Shown here piece by piece: positions 15,772 to 24,466 of a stretch of DNA of 64,000 nt. The first letter of the stretch is position 1; every line of letters begins with the position of its first letter. This stretch comes from Candidatus Falkowbacteria bacterium RIFOXYD12_FULL_34_57 (lineage in GTDB: Bacteria; Patescibacteriota; Patescibacteriia; Patescibacteriales; UBA12075). The stretch spans positions 7,346 to 71,345 of the forward strand of contig MFGN01000007.1 in the NCBI GenBank assembly GCA_001780285.1, given 5' to 3'. Position numbers and translations under genes: made by a program. The notes beneath the pieces were generated by a model. The model saw nothing but the letters and a program-made list of their open reading frames with translations, was not told where the DNA came from and did no database searches.

Positions 15772-17931
15772 ATGTTTATTTTTGATTATTTATTAATATT
15801 TTTAGCTATAGGCATTATTTTTTGGTCTCTTCTATTTTTTTTCAAAAAGCGTAATATGCGAGAAGCAAAATATCTTGCATTTTTTATTTTTTTTACCGGT
15901 TTTTGGATGTTGTCATTATATATAGCCCTTTTTGTTAAGAGTGTTTTTGGTGTCATTCTTTGGACTAGAATGTCTTATTTTTTTGGTTTTTTAGCAATAC
16001 TTTATTTTTTGTTTTTTATATCAATTTTTTATAATTTATCTGAAAATTTATTTAAAAAATATAAAATTATTATTATTATTTCATTTATTTTTTGCATTTT
16101 AAATTTTATTCTTCCAAACAATTATATATATTCAGGTGTGGAAATTTTTAAAGAACAGACACCCCGTGGCCAATATGGAAATTTTTATAAATTTTTTTCA
16201 ATTTTTATTCTTTGTATTATTCTATTAACTATAAAAAAAATTTTTTCTGAATATAAAAATTTAACTAATAAAAAAAGACAACAAATAAAATATGTTATAT
16301 TGGGGGGTATTGTGGCCATACTTGGTGGAATGATATTTGTTGTTTTGTTGCCATTGTTTGGTATTGAAGAATTTTATAGCATTGGCCCATTATTTTTTAT
16401 GTTTTTTATAGGTTTTACCAGCTACGCAATTATTAAACACCAGCTCCTTGATATTAGAATTATAATACAACGCAGCATTATTTATTCTTTTTCGCTAGCT
16501 TTTATTGTGGCATTATACTTGGTGCTGCTTTTTATTTTTGAGTTTATTTTTAAGAGCATTACCAGTGTTACTATGACCAGTGCTATTACCACCGTGATTA
16601 TTGGTATTTATGGCGTGCCGCTGATTGAGGGATATTTTAAAAAAATAACTGATAAAATATTTTTTAAAAATAAATATAATTATTCTGTGGTTTTGTATGA
16701 AATTAGCGAAATTTTGAACAACAACATTAGTCTGGAGGTGTTGCTTGAAAAGATATTTAATAAATTCAAAAAAATATTAAAGGTTGAAAAAATAAGAATA
16801 ATTGTACTTGGACAGGGAATTGTTTTTGATGAATATGCAAATCTGCGAAGTATCAGAGAAGAATTTCCCAGTGAATTTGAAGAGATGATTGTGGGACATA
16901 ATAATTCAGTCTTAACCAATTTTGATATCTATAAATTACTTGAAAAGATTGATCATCAAAATAAGAAAGATTTGGTTTATAAAAAAGTTTTAGAGAGAGC
17001 TCAAAAACTTGAAAAAGAAAATGACTTTGAAATTTTTGTAGCTATGATTTCCAGAAAGAAATTAATCGGTCTTATGTTTTTAGGTAGAAAAATGTCCGGT
17101 GATGATTATACTAAGGAAGATATAAACTTATTAAAAACATTCGCTCACCAAGCGGCGGTTGCATTGGAAAAATCACAGTTATATGAAAAAGCCAAAGATT
17201 ATTCCAGGGAATTAGAAAAAAAAGTGAAAAAAAGAACATCGAGAATAAGCGGCCTGCAGGAAGAACAGAAACAAATGATGCTGGAAATCGCCCATGGTCT
17301 GCAAACACCGCTTACTATTATCAAGGGGCAGCTCTCTGCGCTTCAGGAAGAGATCAAACACTCAGAGAAAATAGAATCACTAGAGAAATCAATAGATCGT
17401 ATTTCTAAATTTATTTATGCCATGCTTAGATCGGCCAAGCTTGATTCTCGAGATAAAAGTGAATATAAATTGATAAACCTTAGTGCCCTATTGGAAGAAT
17501 TTTCAGAAAGTGTTCATATTATTATTCAGGAAAAAAGCATAAAACTTATTCACGACATAGAAGAAAATATTTGTATTATGGGAAACAAGGGGGAAATTGA
17601 AGAACTTTTGATGAATCTGATTAGCAATAGTATTAAATACATGAATGAAGATCGGGAAAATAAAATTATTATTAATTTGTATAGACATAAAAATAAACAC
17701 AACAAAGCGATATTAACTATAGAGGATACGGGTATAGGTATTAGCAGTGAGCATTTGCCGAATTTATTTAGCAAATTTTATCGTATTAAAGATGACACCA
17801 AGACAAAGGGCACGGGTCTTGGGCTGGTGATTTGTAAAAAAATAGTCGAAAAACATAATGGCAGAATAAAGGTGGAAAGTCAGGTTGGAAAAGGGACAAA
17901 ATTTATTATTGATTTTCCCTTGAAAAAATAG
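15772..17931 (+). CDS. Sensor histidine kinase with a polytopic N-terminal membrane sensor, GAF-like region, HisKA and HATPase_c
   Basis: About 8 hydrophobic helices in aa 1-290. H-box EIAHGLQTPLT. N/G boxes LISNSIKY, EDTGIGI, GTGLGLVICKKIV. Confidence 0.85.
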   Translation: MFIFDYLLIFLAIGIIFWSLLFFFKKRNMREAKYLAFFIFFTGFWMLSLYIALFVKSVFGVILWTRMSYFFGFLAILYFLFFISIFYNLSENLFKKYKIIIIISFIFCILNFILPNNYIYSGVEIFKEQTPRGQYGNFYKFFSIFILCIILLTIKKIFSEYKNLTNKKRQQIKYVILGGIVAILGGMIFVVLLPLFGIEEFYSIGPLFFMFFIGFTSYAIIKHQLLDIRIIIQRSIIYSFSLAFIVALYLVLLFIFEFIFKSITSVTMTSAITTVIIGIYGVPLIEGYFKKITDKIFFKNKYNYSVVLYEISEILNNNISLEVLLEKIFNKFKKILKVEKIRIIVLGQGIVFDEYANLRSIREEFPSEFEEMIVGHNNSVLTNFDIYKLLEKIDHQNKKDLVYKKVLERAQKLEKENDFEIFVAMISRKKLIGLMFLGRKMSGDDYTKEDINLLKTFAHQAAVALEKSQLYEKAKDYSRELEKKVKKRTSRISGLQEEQKQMMLEIAHGLQTPLTIIKGQLSALQEEIKHSEKIESLEKSIDRISKFIYAMLRSAKLDSRDKSEYKLINLSALLEEFSESVHIIIQEKSIKLIHDIEENICIMGNKGEIEELLMNLISNSIKYMNEDRENKIIINLYRHKNKHNKAILTIEDTGIGISSEHLPNLFSKFYRIKDDTKTKGTGLGLVICKKIVEKHNGRIKVESQVGKGTKFIIDFPLKK

Positions 17932-18008
17932 AGTAGTTTTAAGTATTTCAACAATAAAGCTATTGTTTTTTAATTTATTAAAATTAGCTATGATTACATA
18001 GTAATTTG

Positions 18009-18017
18009 TGGTATAAT
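18009..18017 (+). promoter_or_regulatory. Extended -10 promoter element TGgTATAAT
   Basis: TG at 18009-18010 and TATAAT at 18012-18017, about 80 nt upstream of the ATG at 18099. Confidence 0.4.
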
Positions 18018-18098
18018 ATTTGTTAGTTGAAAGTTTATAAAATAAAAAGTTTAGAAAATTAAAGATTTTAAGTTTATTATATTTTTTTAAAAAAAATT

Positions 18099-19124
18099 AT
18101 GTCTGAAGAAAATAAAAAGTGCTCATCTGTTTTGCCATCTATTTCACAGGAGGGGCTTGATAATTTGCCTTTCGGGGTCTATATAATCAAGAAGGGGGGG
18201 GTGGTAGAATTTTTCAATAAAGAAATGGCTAAAATCAGTGGAGTAAAAAATCCCAAAGAAGTAGAGGGTCAAAATATCCTCGAAATCCCCAACTATAAGA
18301 AATATGGACTAGATAAGTATGTTAAACAAGGTCTGGAAGGAAAGCCGTTTAAGTTAGAAAATATAAAATATGTGTCCTATATTGGAAAAAAAAGAACATA
18401 TCGAAGTTATTATGGTATTCCAATTAAAAACGAGAAAGGCGACACCATAAAACTTTTTTGTATAGTGGAAGATGTTACCGAGAAAAAGGAAAATCAAAAG
18501 AAAATACAAGACAACCTGGAAGAAAAAGAAGCATTGTTAAAAGAACTGCATCATCGGGTAAAAAACAATATGCAAATTATTTATAGTCTTTTAAATACAC
18601 AAGTTTCAAAAATTAAAGATGAGGAAGCATTGGAAATTATAAAAGAAAGCAAAAACCAAATTAAGAGCATGCTTTTAATCCATGAGAGCCTGTATCAGTC
18701 TAATAATTTAGCTGGTATAAATTTAAAAGAATATATAGAGGATTTGGCTGATAATTTGTTTGTTGCTTATGGTACTGATAGAGATTTGGTGCATTACGAC
18801 ATAAAAATAAACAGCGCTGAATTAAATATTGAAAAGGCGATTCCCTGCGCCCTAATTATTAATGAGCTTATTTCTAACTGTTTAAAACATGCTTTTCCCG
18901 GGAAACGAAAAGGTAATATAGAAATAAAATTAAGTTCTGTTGGTCGGGGATATGAGCTGGAAATCTGTGATGATGGTATTGGCCTTGATTGTGAGCCTAA
19001 TCTGGAAGACATTAAGAGTATAGGACTTGATTTGGTTTCTACGCTAACCAAACAGCTCGGGGGTATTTTAGATATTATTTCCAGTGGTGGCACCAAGATC
19101 AAGATAAGTTTCCCCAAGTTTTAA
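18099..19124 (+). CDS. Cytoplasmic PAS - HisKA_2 - HATPase sensor histidine kinase
   Basis: HisKA_2 signature LLKELHHRVKNNMQIIYSLL. ATPase region LIINELISNCLKHAF...DDGIGL. Confidence 0.8.
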   Translation: MSEENKKCSSVLPSISQEGLDNLPFGVYIIKKGGVVEFFNKEMAKISGVKNPKEVEGQNILEIPNYKKYGLDKYVKQGLEGKPFKLENIKYVSYIGKKRTYRSYYGIPIKNEKGDTIKLFCIVEDVTEKKENQKKIQDNLEEKEALLKELHHRVKNNMQIIYSLLNTQVSKIKDEEALEIIKESKNQIKSMLLIHESLYQSNNLAGINLKEYIEDLADNLFVAYGTDRDLVHYDIKINSAELNIEKAIPCALIINELISNCLKHAFPGKRKGNIEIKLSSVGRGYELEICDDGIGLDCEPNLEDIKSIGLDLVSTLTKQLGGILDIISSGGTKIKISFPKF

Positions 19125-19137
19125 TTGTTGTAAATTT

Positions 19138-20031
19138 ATGATAAATACAAAAAACATAAAAGGACAGAGAATTTTGATTGTAGAAGATGAGGCTATTGTA
19201 GCGAATGATATCAAAAATACTCTAGAGAAACTAAACTATTCCGTAGATGGTATTTTGGACACAGGAGAAGATGTGTTGAATATCATAAAAGAAAAGAAAT
19301 TAGATTTAATTTTGATGGATGTTAAGTTAAAGGGGAAAATAGACGGAATAGAGACAGCAAAAAGGATAAAAGAATTTAATATTCCGATTATTTACTTAAC
19401 AGCTTATAGCGACAAAAAAACCATTGAGAGGGCCAAAGAAACAATGCCTTATGGGTTTTTACTTAAGCCTTTTGACAATCAGGAATTAAATTCTGTGATT
19501 CAAATGGCGATTTATAAGCATGAAGCGGAAAAAAGACTAAAAGAATCCGAAGAAAAATATCGGTATTTATTGGACCATATTGAAGAATTTGTGTTAATTG
19601 TTGATCAATCGGGAAAAATATTATTTGCTAATAAAAGCGCGCTTCAGGTTGTTGGAAGAACAGAAGGCGAAATGGTGGGAAAGCCTATAAGTGATTTTTT
19701 AAGCAAAGAATCATTGCTTCTGGCTATTGAAGCCATAAAAAGTGAATTTGCAGGGAAAACCATAGATTTAGAAGAGGTTGAGGTAGTTAATAAATCAGGG
19801 GAAATTCGAAATTTAAAATTGGACCCAGGCTCAAAATTTGTAAAAGAAGAAGGTAAAATTATTGGAATGTTGATTAGTGGATTAGATATTACGGAACAAA
19901 AAAAAATAAATAAAGAAATAGAACAGCAAAACATAGCACTGGAAAAAGCTAATAAATTAATGGTTGGCAGAGAATTAAAGATGATAGAATTGAAAAACAA
20001 GATAAAAGAACTTGAAAATAAATTAAAATAG
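19138..20031 (+). CDS. Response regulator (REC) - PAS - C-terminal coiled-coil protein with no recognisable output domain
   Basis: ILIVEDEAIV..DLILMDVKLKG..LLKPF. PAS-like block (FVLIVDQSGKILFANKS...). Ends in ...ANKLMVGRELKMIELKNKIKELENKLK. Confidence 0.8.
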   Translation: MINTKNIKGQRILIVEDEAIVANDIKNTLEKLNYSVDGILDTGEDVLNIIKEKKLDLILMDVKLKGKIDGIETAKRIKEFNIPIIYLTAYSDKKTIERAKETMPYGFLLKPFDNQELNSVIQMAIYKHEAEKRLKESEEKYRYLLDHIEEFVLIVDQSGKILFANKSALQVVGRTEGEMVGKPISDFLSKESLLLAIEAIKSEFAGKTIDLEEVEVVNKSGEIRNLKLDPGSKFVKEEGKIIGMLISGLDITEQKKINKEIEQQNIALEKANKLMVGRELKMIELKNKIKELENKLK

Positions 20032-20037
20032 CTATAT

Positions 20038-21087
20038 ATGTTTAAAAAAATTATAATTTTATTATTTGTTGCATTATTTTTATCCGGTTGTGGACAGAAA
20101 ATTAAAACTGAAAACACGCAAGGAGAAAAAGAATTGAATATTTATAACTGGGAGGATTATTTAGGGGAAACCACGATTGCAGATTTTGAGAAAGAATTCG
20201 GCGTCAAAGTAAATCTTTTTACTTTTGAAGATGAAGATTTTATGCTCTCTGATGTGCAGGTTAATCCGGATAAATATGATTTAATTATTGCTTCCGATGG
20301 ATTGATTTATAACATGAGTGAATTAAAGCTTTTGTCTAAGATTAACAAGAACGATATTCCTAATTTAAAAAATATTGAAGATAAATTTTTAAATCTCTGG
20401 TATGATTCGGAAAATAACTACTCAGTTCCCTATTTATGGGGAACTACCGGGATTATTTTTAATACCAAATATATTCCCGAAGACACAGACAGTTGGTCTA
20501 TTTTGTTTAATGAGCAATATAAGGGAAAAATAGCTATGTTGAATAATAACGAGGAAGTAATTGGCGCCGCCTTGAAATATTTAAATTATCCCTTTATGGC
20601 CAAAAGCATAGAACAACTGGAAGAAGCAAAATTGATTGCGGAAAAACAAAAGGATATTATTAGTGGATATGAGGATGTTGTTGCTATTCGCAGTGAAATG
20701 ATTGACGAGAAATTATGGGTAGCTCAAATCTATAGTGGAGAAGCACTGTATGCGATGAATGAAAATAAAAATTTAAAATATATAATTCCCCGCGAAGGTG
20801 CTGAGGTCTGGATTGATAATTTGGCTATCCCGTCCGAAGCCAAGAACAAAGAAACGGCGGAGAAATTTATAAATTTTATTTTGCGTCCCGACATTAGCGC
20901 TGATATAGCCAATTACTTATGGTATGCCAATACTAATGACGCGGCTCGGGAATTTACAAATGCAGAAATTTTGGAAGATGAAGCGCTTTATCCTCCGCAA
21001 GATATTTTGGAAAAGTTAGAATACCTTAAACCCAATAAATTTAATAACGAGTATAATAAAATATGGTCACAGCTCCAATTAAAATAA
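20038..21087 (+). CDS. PotD/PotF-family polyamine-binding lipoprotein (orphan; no ABC permease or ATPase adjacent)
   Basis: Lipobox LFLSGCG. LNIYNWEDYL...FEKEFGVKV...YDLIIASDG...YSVPYLWGTTGIIFN tracks remembered E. coli PotD blocks. Confidence 0.8.
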   Translation: MFKKIIILLFVALFLSGCGQKIKTENTQGEKELNIYNWEDYLGETTIADFEKEFGVKVNLFTFEDEDFMLSDVQVNPDKYDLIIASDGLIYNMSELKLLSKINKNDIPNLKNIEDKFLNLWYDSENNYSVPYLWGTTGIIFNTKYIPEDTDSWSILFNEQYKGKIAMLNNNEEVIGAALKYLNYPFMAKSIEQLEEAKLIAEKQKDIISGYEDVVAIRSEMIDEKLWVAQIYSGEALYAMNENKNLKYIIPREGAEVWIDNLAIPSEAKNKETAEKFINFILRPDISADIANYLWYANTNDAAREFTNAEILEDEALYPPQDILEKLEYLKPNKFNNEYNKIWSQLQLK

Positions 21088-23924
21088 AATTTAGAACAAA
21101 ATTTTTTATTTTGTTGATCCTTGTTTCCGTTACCCCCCTGCTTCTTTTGTATTTTTTATTGCCGTTTCGCATTGAAGAAGAAACCAAGAAGATATTGGTG
21201 GAAGATTTTAAAGAACATGCCCACCACACCTCTGTAACAGTAGAGAGTTTTTTTGACCGTATAGAGCAGGATGTTATTTTATTGTCAAAGAACAGAATAA
21301 TAGAATCTCCGGAGACGGGCACAGAAGAGAAATTAAAAGAATTACAAAAAATGAAAGAAGTTAGGAATATATACGATGACATTATTTTAATAAATAAGGA
21401 TGGTAATGTCCTAACCTCTACCTCCTTTAATTATCGTGGTGCATGGGAATCACGCGATTATTTTCAAGAGGCTCTACAGGAAAAGGTGGTACTTTCAGAT
21501 GCGCACTTGATACTTGAACCTAAAAAATTAGTTTTAGTTGCTGTTGCTCCTGTTTTTTTTGGAAATGAAGTATCGTCCGTGGTTGCTATTCAGCTGGATA
21601 TGCAGCATGTTTGGAGCTTGATTAAAAATTTTACTAGTGATGAAGAATATTATTTGGTAAATAATAATGGAAGATTAATATCTGAATATGAAAATATGGA
21701 TATTTTTGAAGAATTTAAAACAAAAGAAGATGTTAAATGTTCATTGAGATTTAAAGAATACACAAAAGACGGTCAAAAAATATTAGAAACATCAGCCCCC
21801 ATAATGAAAAATAAAATTTATAAAGGAGAGGGGTGTTGGAATTTAATATTTACCAAGAATGAATCAGGATTATTGGTTTATATTAATGGAATTGAGAGAT
21901 TAATATTCTTGATTTTATTTTTGGCTATTTTATTGTCTGTTTTGGTAAGCGCATTTTTAGCAAGATCTATTTCTGCTCCAATTGAACAGCTTGTAATAGC
22001 CACAAAGGAATTTGCGCGTGGTAATTTTAATTTTAAAACCAAAATTAAAGCCAATAATGAATTAAAAATGCTTGGAGATTCCTTTAATAAAACAGGAGAA
22101 GAAATTTTAAAGAGTCATAATTTAGAAAAAATATATAGCAGGAAATTGGAAGATGAGGTGCGGGAAAAAACTGAAAAATTAACCAAAACGCTCAATTCAA
22201 TGAAACGCGACAAAGATAATCTTGAGAGTCAAAGAGTAGCAACATTAAATATTCTGGAGGATATATCCGAATCACAAAAAGAAATGGAGGATTTAAATAT
22301 TAAATTAAAAAAACGAACAGGAGAACTGGAGGCTCTGCGAAAATTGGGTAATGACCTGAGCGGGGTCCTGGATATGGAAGAGGCAGTTACTGTTATAAAT
22401 CAATATTTGGACAGCTTTTTGGATTTTAGCACGGTAACTTATTTAATTATAAATCCCATCAGGGAAGAAGAATTAATATATTCCACATACCTAAAAGAAG
22501 ATGTTAGTGAAAATTTTGTTGAAGAGGTGAAGAATGATTTATTGAAATTTATTGCTAATGAAACAGATAGTGAATTGTTATCGATTAAAAAAATTCTCAG
22601 TATTGTAAAACCTCATATTTTTGGTAAAAGGTTGAATAATAAAAATGAATCTAAAATTATATCTAAAATAATTTTCCCCTTAAGAATGGGAAGTTATTCT
22701 TTGGGGGCTATTCAGATTGCCTCAAGCAAGCCGGGGCTTTTTAGTAATACTCAAAACGGAATGACAAGCGCCATGGTAGCCACTTTTTCATTGTCTGTTG
22801 CCAAACTTCACACCTTAATACGCTCACAGCACTCTAAAACAATCTCCTTGGTTCAAAGTTTAAACGACGGAGTGGTGATGTTTAATATGGAAAAAAGCGT
22901 AGTGCTTACAAATAAAGCTATATTAGATTTTACTGGTTTTTCCAGCGATCATTTTAATTTATATGAATTTGACAAATTATTTAGCACTGTTGATGTAAAA
23001 AAAATGATTAATCAAATGTTTAGGGAGGGGAATATTGTTCATATTAGCGAAATACAATTTAAAAATAAATTTTATGAATTTTTAACAACGCCGGTAAAGG
23101 ATAGCTTTGGCAAAATTGTGGGCGGCGCTATTATTTTGCACGACATTACCCACTTAAAAGAAATAGATAAAATGAAGACAGAGTTTGTTTCCGTTGCTTC
23201 CCACCAGCTCCGCACCCCGCTTACTGCTATTAAGCTTTTTACTGAAATGCTTATTAATGGCGATGTGGGAGAGTTGCAAGACAGACAGAAGCAGTACCTG
23301 GGAGATATTTATGAGTCTACTACCAGAATGGTAAGACTGGTAAATGATTTGCTTAGCCTGTCTCGTTTAGAATCAGGAAGACTTCGTGTCGAACCCGTTG
23401 ATACTAATATGATTAGTTTTATTCAAAGTATAATTGAGGAAATTGTTCCGCTTGCTTCCAGTAAAAATATTAAAATAGTTTTTGAAAAAATAGTGGATGA
23501 ATTGCCAAGTGTGGCAATAGACCCAACGCTTATGAGACAGGTTATCAACAATCTAATAACTAATGCCGTAAGATATTCTTTGGGCAGAAAAGAGGGGCTA
23601 GTTAATGTTAATATTAAGAAAAAAGAAAAGAATATTGAGATATCTATAAAGGATAACGGAATTGGAATCCCTAAAGAAGTTCAGTCTAGAATTTTTGAAA
23701 AGTTTTTTAGGGCAGATAATGCCATAAAGAGCGAAACAGAAGGAACAGGATTGGGGCTTTATGTTTCCAAGATGATAGTGGAAAGTTCTGGAGGAAAAAT
23801 ATGGTTTAAATCGGAAAAAAATAAAGGTACTACGTTCTTTATTTCTATTCCTGTGGGCGGTATGAAAAGAAAAAAGGGGGAAAAGACATTGGCCGGCTCT
23901 AGTGGAGAAGTTAGTTATTCATAA
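21063..23924 (+). CDS. Sensor histidine kinase: TM - dCache-like periplasmic domain - TM - HAMP - coiled coil - GAF/PAS - HisKA - HATPase_c
   Basis: Its start overlaps the PotD-like gene by 25 nt. H-box FVSVASHQLRTPLT. LITNAVRY, DNGIGIP, GTGLGLYVSKMIV. The first TM helix follows Met1 directly, so no downstream start is plausible. Confidence 0.85.
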   Translation: MVTAPIKIKFRTKFFILLILVSVTPLLLLYFLLPFRIEEETKKILVEDFKEHAHHTSVTVESFFDRIEQDVILLSKNRIIESPETGTEEKLKELQKMKEVRNIYDDIILINKDGNVLTSTSFNYRGAWESRDYFQEALQEKVVLSDAHLILEPKKLVLVAVAPVFFGNEVSSVVAIQLDMQHVWSLIKNFTSDEEYYLVNNNGRLISEYENMDIFEEFKTKEDVKCSLRFKEYTKDGQKILETSAPIMKNKIYKGEGCWNLIFTKNESGLLVYINGIERLIFLILFLAILLSVLVSAFLARSISAPIEQLVIATKEFARGNFNFKTKIKANNELKMLGDSFNKTGEEILKSHNLEKIYSRKLEDEVREKTEKLTKTLNSMKRDKDNLESQRVATLNILEDISESQKEMEDLNIKLKKRTGELEALRKLGNDLSGVLDMEEAVTVINQYLDSFLDFSTVTYLIINPIREEELIYSTYLKEDVSENFVEEVKNDLLKFIANETDSELLSIKKILSIVKPHIFGKRLNNKNESKIISKIIFPLRMGSYSLGAIQIASSKPGLFSNTQNGMTSAMVATFSLSVAKLHTLIRSQHSKTISLVQSLNDGVVMFNMEKSVVLTNKAILDFTGFSSDHFNLYEFDKLFSTVDVKKMINQMFREGNIVHISEIQFKNKFYEFLTTPVKDSFGKIVGGAIILHDITHLKEIDKMKTEFVSVASHQLRTPLTAIKLFTEMLINGDVGELQDRQKQYLGDIYESTTRMVRLVNDLLSLSRLESGRLRVEPVDTNMISFIQSIIEEIVPLASSKNIKIVFEKIVDELPSVAIDPTLMRQVINNLITNAVRYSLGRKEGLVNVNIKKKEKNIEISIKDNGIGIPKEVQSRIFEKFFRADNAIKSETEGTGLGLYVSKMIVESSGGKIWFKSEKNKGTTFFISIPVGGMKRKKGEKTLAGSSGEVSYS

Positions 23925-24035
23925 TTAATATTTAATAAGAAGTTTATAAAATAGTAGAAAAATTATTCAAAATTGTATTTAGTTCAAAACAATAATTTTG
24001 ATTTTTGCACTTTACATTTTGAATTTTTAAATTAT

Positions 24036-24449
24036 ATGACCGAAGAACAAAAAAGCGACAAAAAAATAAAAATTTTGTTAGCTGAAGATGACAAATTTAT
24101 CGCTCGCGCTTATACTGATGGACTTACTAGATCGGGCTATGAGGTAATAGCTGTAACAGATGGGCAAGAGGCTATTAAGCAAGCAAAAGAAAAAAAACCG
24201 GATATTATTTTATTGGATTTAATTATGCCCGTAAAGAATGGTTTTGAAGCATTAGAAGAAATTAAATCAGATAAAAACATGAAAGATGTTCCAGTGCTTA
24301 TACTTTCTAATTTAGGACAAGATACTGATATTAAAAAAGGAAGGGATTTAGGGGCTGTTGATTATTTAATTAAATCAGATTATAGCATGACAGAAGTTAT
24401 TAAAAAAATAAACAAGTATTTAAATAACGCGCCCGAGAATATTGAATAA
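24036..24449 (+). CDS. Single-domain CheY-like response regulator
   Basis: KILLAEDDKFI..DIILLDLIMPVKNG..VDYLIKS; REC domain only. I trimmed the start from the listed 23973. Ends 17 nt before pilB. Confidence 0.85.
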   Translation: MTEEQKSDKKIKILLAEDDKFIARAYTDGLTRSGYEVIAVTDGQEAIKQAKEKKPDIILLDLIMPVKNGFEALEEIKSDKNMKDVPVLILSNLGQDTDIKKGRDLGAVDYLIKSDYSMTEVIKKINKYLNNAPENIE

Positions 24450-24466
24450 ATACTTATTGCATTCCG

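Noticed and set aside
19644-20117. 157-aa minus-strand ORF spanning the REC-PAS gene end and the PotD-like gene start
   Set aside because: It is antisense to two well-supported genes and is low-complexity (S/F/I/N-rich). The same reasoning applies to the other internal antisense ORFs listed in the track (e.g. 61382..61861 in tuf, 10923..11363, 11317..11673, 13871..14287, 58447..58797, 55955..56341).
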